This document shows, piece by piece, positions 59,943 through 64,000 of a stretch of 64,000 nt of DNA. How positions within the stretch are numbered: the first letter of the stretch is position 1; each line of letters starts with the position of its first letter. A program made the translations under genes and the position numbers. The stretch covers positions 79,858,001 to 79,922,000 of the forward strand of contig NC_086097.1 of assembly GCF_963921235.1 (NCBI RefSeq), in the 5' to 3' direction. The notes beneath the pieces are model-generated. The model did not search any database. It saw only the letters and a list, made by a program, of their open reading frames with translations, and had not been told where the DNA came from. Source of the stretch: Mobula hypostoma (taxonomy: Eukaryota).

Positions 59943-62820
59943 ATGGAGATTGAGGAATTTCTAAAGGTGCCAACCTTGGAGGCATTAGAGGATGCCAGGA
60001 AAGCAGAATTGGCAGCTGTGGCCAAACGGTTGAATCTTGTTAAGGGGAAGTCGACAATGAGGAGAGAGGAGATACACAGAGCTATCGTAGAGCACTATGT
60101 ATCTAAAGGTGTGTTTCTCCAAGGGGAGCTGGAGGTGGTGTCTATTGAAAAACCTGCTGGAGACGCGGTACAGGTGCAGCTTGAAAAACTGAGACTTGAG
60201 CACGAGTTCCGGGTACGGCAGTTAGAACACGAAGAGAAACAGTTAGAACGGCAAGAGAGAGAGAAACAGAGGGAAAGGGAATTTGAGCTGGAGAAGTTAA
60301 AGATGACGGCAGCGCAGGGGCCCATTCCGAACCAAGGTGGACGGTTCAGGGCGACCCAGGAGGTTAGGCTGGTTCCCCCATTTGACGATACCGATGTGGG
60401 TCGGTACTTTCTCCATTTCGAAAAAGTTGCTATAAGTCAGGACTGGCCGAGGGATAAGTGGGCTGCTTTGCTTCAGAGTGTACTTAAAGGAAAAACCCAA
60501 CAAGCTTACTCAGCTTTGTCCGCGGAAGATGCCCAGAGGTATGAGGTGGTGAAAGAGGCCATCCTCAGGATTTATGAGTTGGTCCCGGAGGCATACCGGC
60601 AGAGGTTCCGGAATGCGAGGAAGTAGTGGGACCGCATGTATTTAGAGTTTGCCCGTGAGATGCAGACATATTGTGAGCGTTGGTGCGCCTCGAAGGGGGT
60701 GGATGGGGATTATGACAGACTGCTACAGCTGATCCTGATTGAGCAGTTTAAAGGTTGTGTCCCTGAAGGTATGAGACCCTACCTAGATGAGAAAGAGGCA
60801 GCCACGTTAGCCGCAACTGCTAAGTTAGCAGATGAGTACGCGTTGACGCATAAAATGAAGTTTGCCCCGAGTAAAGGCTACCAGAAGGGTAGTCAGGACG
60901 GCGGGGAGAGTCCGCCAGAAAAGTCAGAAAATAAGCCGGGGACTAGTGAGAAGGATAAGGTAGACTGGGAGCAGTCTGGTAGGAAGTCTCCTGGGGTCGT
61001 CTGTTATAATTGTGGGAAAGTCGGACACTTTGCGTCCAGGTGCTTTGCCCCAAAGAAGGAGACGGGGAAAGGAAAAACGGCGATTTCGACTGGCTGTATC
61101 GAGCTGGTAAACGAACCGCTAGGAGAGGAAAGGTCTGCCAAAGTTCAGGAAGGGCGCGAGAGGTTTATCTCGGCCGGATTGGTGTCGGTGAAGGAGGGGT
61201 TAAACCCAGTTCCAGTGCGGATCTGGAGAGACATGGGAGCGTGTCAGTCATTGATATTGAAGAGTGTATTAGAGTTTAGTTCAGAGTCCCAGACTGGGGA
61301 GGTCAAGGTCAAAGGTATTGGGGAAGAGACAGAGGCAGTCCCTTTGCACCAGATACACCTACAAAGCAACTTGGTCTCTGGACTAGTCACGATCGGGGTG
61401 AGGTCCGAATTACCAATGAAAGGCGAGGAAGTCTTACTCGGTAATGACCTCGCGGGGGGAATTGTGTTCCCAGCCGTGAGATTGACAAGTCAGCCTGCCA
61501 GCATTGAGGCCCCGCCCATGGACTCACAGGTTTATCCCGTTTGCGCAGTAACTTGGTGGATGTCAAGGAAGGCTGCAGAGGCTGATATAAAGTTAGCTGA
61601 GACGTTTCTGCCAGCCTTGTATGAGGAGGGGGTAGAAAGTGAAAAGAAGGAATGCAATGAAACAGGAGGAAGTGGGGAAATTAAGGTAGATTTATCATTA
61701 GAAAAGAAGGACTTTATACAGGCACAGGAGCGAGACGAGGAAACAGCTGGCTGTGAAACAGAGTTAGGAAGAGAGCCAGTAGGCTATGGTGTGAAGGGGG
61801 AGGTGCTAAGGAAGGAAGGGAGACCAAGTACCGCAGATGAGGAATGGGGGATGGTGCCAAAAATCTCTGGGGATGAGATTTTTAACCTGGCCCACAAGGT
61901 ACCCCTCGGTGGACATTTTGAGGTGCTGAAAGAAACAGTCGGTGGAATCATGAAAGAGGTTTACTGGCTGCACAGGAGGAAGGATGTTATTGATTATGGC
62001 AGACGCAAACTGAGACGGTCACAGGCTTTTGATATGCTAACAAACCTAGTCGGTGTTAGCGCGGAAATCAATGAAGCTAGGGTCCCCCTGATAAGGAAAA
62101 AAAACCATTTTGAAAAGATGAGTATGGTATCGACCAGATGGGAGAAGGCTATTGTTTTGGCCAGCTCTGCTGATAAGGTCTCTCCCTTAATCCCCGAACA
62201 AAGCGACTCTTTAGGAGAAGTAATTAAATGGCTCGCACACGTGTGTTTGATTGTCCTGAGGCGATGCAAAGAACTGGGACGTTGGGTGTTGTTGGTCACG
62301 CTAGGTCAGCCTAGTGAGCAACACTCCTATAGATCAGCCTAGTGAGCAACACTCCTATAGATCAGCCTAGTGAGCAACACTCCTATAGATCAGCCTAGTG
62401 AGCAACACTCCTATAGATCAGCCTAGTGAGCAACACTCCTATAGAATGAGTAATTCAGTGACGAAAGGGCTAACAAACATAGAAGTGTATATTGGCGATG
62501 TAATACGGCTGTCTGAAGCCAGTTTGATAGTGAACCTTGAAAAAAATGAGTTTGGCCACACGAAGGTCACTTATCTGGGAACTGTGGTGACACAGGGGCA
62601 GCTGGCAGTGATGCAAGCTAAGGTGCAGGTTATCTCTGACATCCCAACCCTGACAGACAGAGGGCCCTCAGAAGGCTCCTGGAGATGGTGGGGTACTGTA
62701 GGAAGTTTTGCAATAACTCTGCGGTTACAACCCCTCCCCCTCCTACTAAGCCCTTGCGAGAGAAAACTAAGTCGGGATAGGACGACCCTTGTTATCGTGG
62801 TCCGGGACGAAACTCAATGA
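59943..62820 (+). pseudogene. gag-pol polyprotein remnant (SCAN-like capsid, CCHC, protease, integrase zinc-binding region, RT fragment)
   Basis: LVPEAYRQRFR, LILIEQF, CYNCGKVGHFASRC, RDMGA, LLGNDL, AHKVPLGGH, YIGDV, VNLEKNEF..VTYLG; TAG at 60624-60626; minisatellite frameshift. Confidence 0.88.
62306..62445 (+). repeat. Perfect 28-bp minisatellite x5
   Basis: TCAGCCTAGTGAGCAACACTCCTATAGA at 62306, 62334, 62362, 62390 and 62418, with no spacers. Confidence 0.97.
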
Positions 62821-63063
62821 GAGGTTACACTGATCGCAATTCATCAGTGTTTTCGGCCACTATGAAGGTTGCTAAGTTGTAGTCTGGTTTAGGAGATTAT
62901 TAATAACACATATAAAAGGAACAGAAAATGTGATTGCTGACTGTCTGTCAGGTGTTGACAACTTAAAATTCTCTGTATTAGCCAAATAGCTGATGAAGAT
63001 GTATATTTGTGTGTATCTAATAATGTATTCATGTTTGTAATTTTTACCCCGGTAAAAATCCTT

Positions 63064-63075
63064 AAAGGTGAGGGG
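63064..63075 (+). promoter_or_regulatory. Polypurine tract
   Basis: AAAGGTGAGGGG immediately before the 3' LTR. Confidence 0.8.
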
Positions 63076-63980
63076 TGTGACGAAAGAGGGTTACAAAGAG
63101 TACACATAGATTAAGATGTTAACTGTCCTGTGCTGGCACCAGTGGGATCAACAGTAAGAGAGATAAGGAAGACAATGGAGCAGCATTTGGAAATGTTAAT
63201 GAAGAGACCGGAGAGTTTAACGGAAGGAGACATGGTCTGAGAGCTGTCAAGATCGGCTCCTTTTTGAACCCTGAACTGTTTGAAGTGTGATGGACAAGCG
63301 ATACCCCAGCAGGGGGATAAAAAGGGACAGGTTCACTAAGGCAGGACACACAGGACACCCCGAGGTAACGAGACCCTGGAAGCGATGCGTCTCCCACAAG
63401 TCGGTGGGAGTTTTTGGAGGGCTGGTCGTGGGACCAAGCCGTAGACGCACAGGGTGGAAAGGTACGATTGGCGGGAACCTGGTGTGTGTCCGCCCTTGCC
63501 TGGGTGCCAAGTTCACTGCAGAGGAACGATCGTATCTGAAACGGAGGGGTCACAGTCGGTGACTTCAGAAGACATTACAAAGGGCTCGCCCGAAAGCTGA
63601 CTGTGAAGAATATCGAAGGTCTGTGTGGAAGCCGTTTTGAATATTCATTCGCTTTCGCTCTCTCTCTCTCCTTCCCCCCTCTGTCCACCGCCACGGCAGT
63701 GATTACTGTGAACTGAACTGAACTCAATTGAACTGAACTTTGCGTCACTTTGAAACTGGTCATTTACCCCTAGACGACGATAGAGCTTGATGGATCCTGT
63801 TATCCTAGTTCTGTGTACATGTGTGTTTATCATTGCTGAACTGTTGCATTTATTATCCTTTTGATTAGAGTACTGTGTTGCTTATTTCTTTAATAAAACT
63901 TTCTTAGTTCCAGTAATCCAGACTCCAACTGAGTGATGCATTTCTGCTGGTTTGGCAACCCAGTTACGGGGTACGTAACA
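63076..63980 (+). repeat. 3' LTR (905 bp)
   Basis: TGT...ACA; about 30 substitutions and one 25-bp indel relative to the 5' LTR (manual count). Confidence 0.95.
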
Positions 63981-64000
63981 AGGACAACTGATCATTTAGA

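Larger units (their letters stand above)
58914..63980 (+). mobile_element. Gypsy LTR retrotransposon, Gmr1-like, internally deleted provirus
   Basis: Paired LTRs, 4-bp TSD AGGA at 58910-58913 and 63981-63984, PBS, PPT, domain order gag-PR-IN(zinc-binding)-RT remnant. Confidence 0.93.
55985..64000 (+). mobile_element. L1 LINE, 5' part (ORF1, spacer, disabled ORF2), with nested PLE hairpin and Gypsy provirus; runs off the window end
   Basis: ORF1 at 56030-56869; ORF2 from 57507 (LNMKGL, LQETH, ANVYAP, WDAFKAYIRGQIISY); resumes after 63984. Confidence 0.92.

Noticed and set aside
60624..60626. Programmed gag-pol readthrough stop
   Set aside because: The TAG lies inside the SCAN-like capsid region, upstream of the CCHC, not at a gag/pol boundary; most likely a point mutation
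59943..61100. Host SCAN zinc-finger gene
   Set aside because: Enclosed by LTRs with PBS, PPT and TSD, and no C2H2 array
62306..62445. CRISPR-like 28-bp repeats
   Set aside because: Units are head-to-tail with no spacers, there are no cas genes, and the context is a eukaryotic retrotransposon

Overview
This window is repeat-saturated vertebrate DNA. It is most likely a cartilaginous fish (ray or shark), inferred from the mix of CR1, Rex1, Penelope and V-SINE repeats. No host protein-coding gene could be identified with confidence, so it reads as intronic or intergenic sequence. It holds two L1 LINEs (one with an uninterrupted ORF2 of at least 1055 codons), many CR1 LINEs (one near full length), Rex1/Babar, RTE-type and Tx1-type LINE fragments, and tRNA-derived SINEs. 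It also holds a Tc1 and two hAT DNA transposons with nested insertions, and an internally deleted Gmr1-like Gypsy provirus with two LTRs. Penelope-like (PLE) remnants are numerous and their termini carry a minimal type I hammerhead ribozyme motif. Four observations stand out. (1) Three ORF-less fold-back (palindromic) PLE-terminus insertions have 13-15 bp TSDs, and one of them encodes an intact hammerhead on both strands. (2) Two inverted CR1 copies share a ~1.3 kb near-identical central tract, including the same disabling mutations, which suggests gene conversion. (3) The Gypsy element appears to have lost its integrase core and most of RT by frame-preserving deletions. (4) A duplicated unique block carries paired candidate 38-nt exons. 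Coordinates and mismatch counts were read by eye, and family assignments rest on motif recognition, not database searches.
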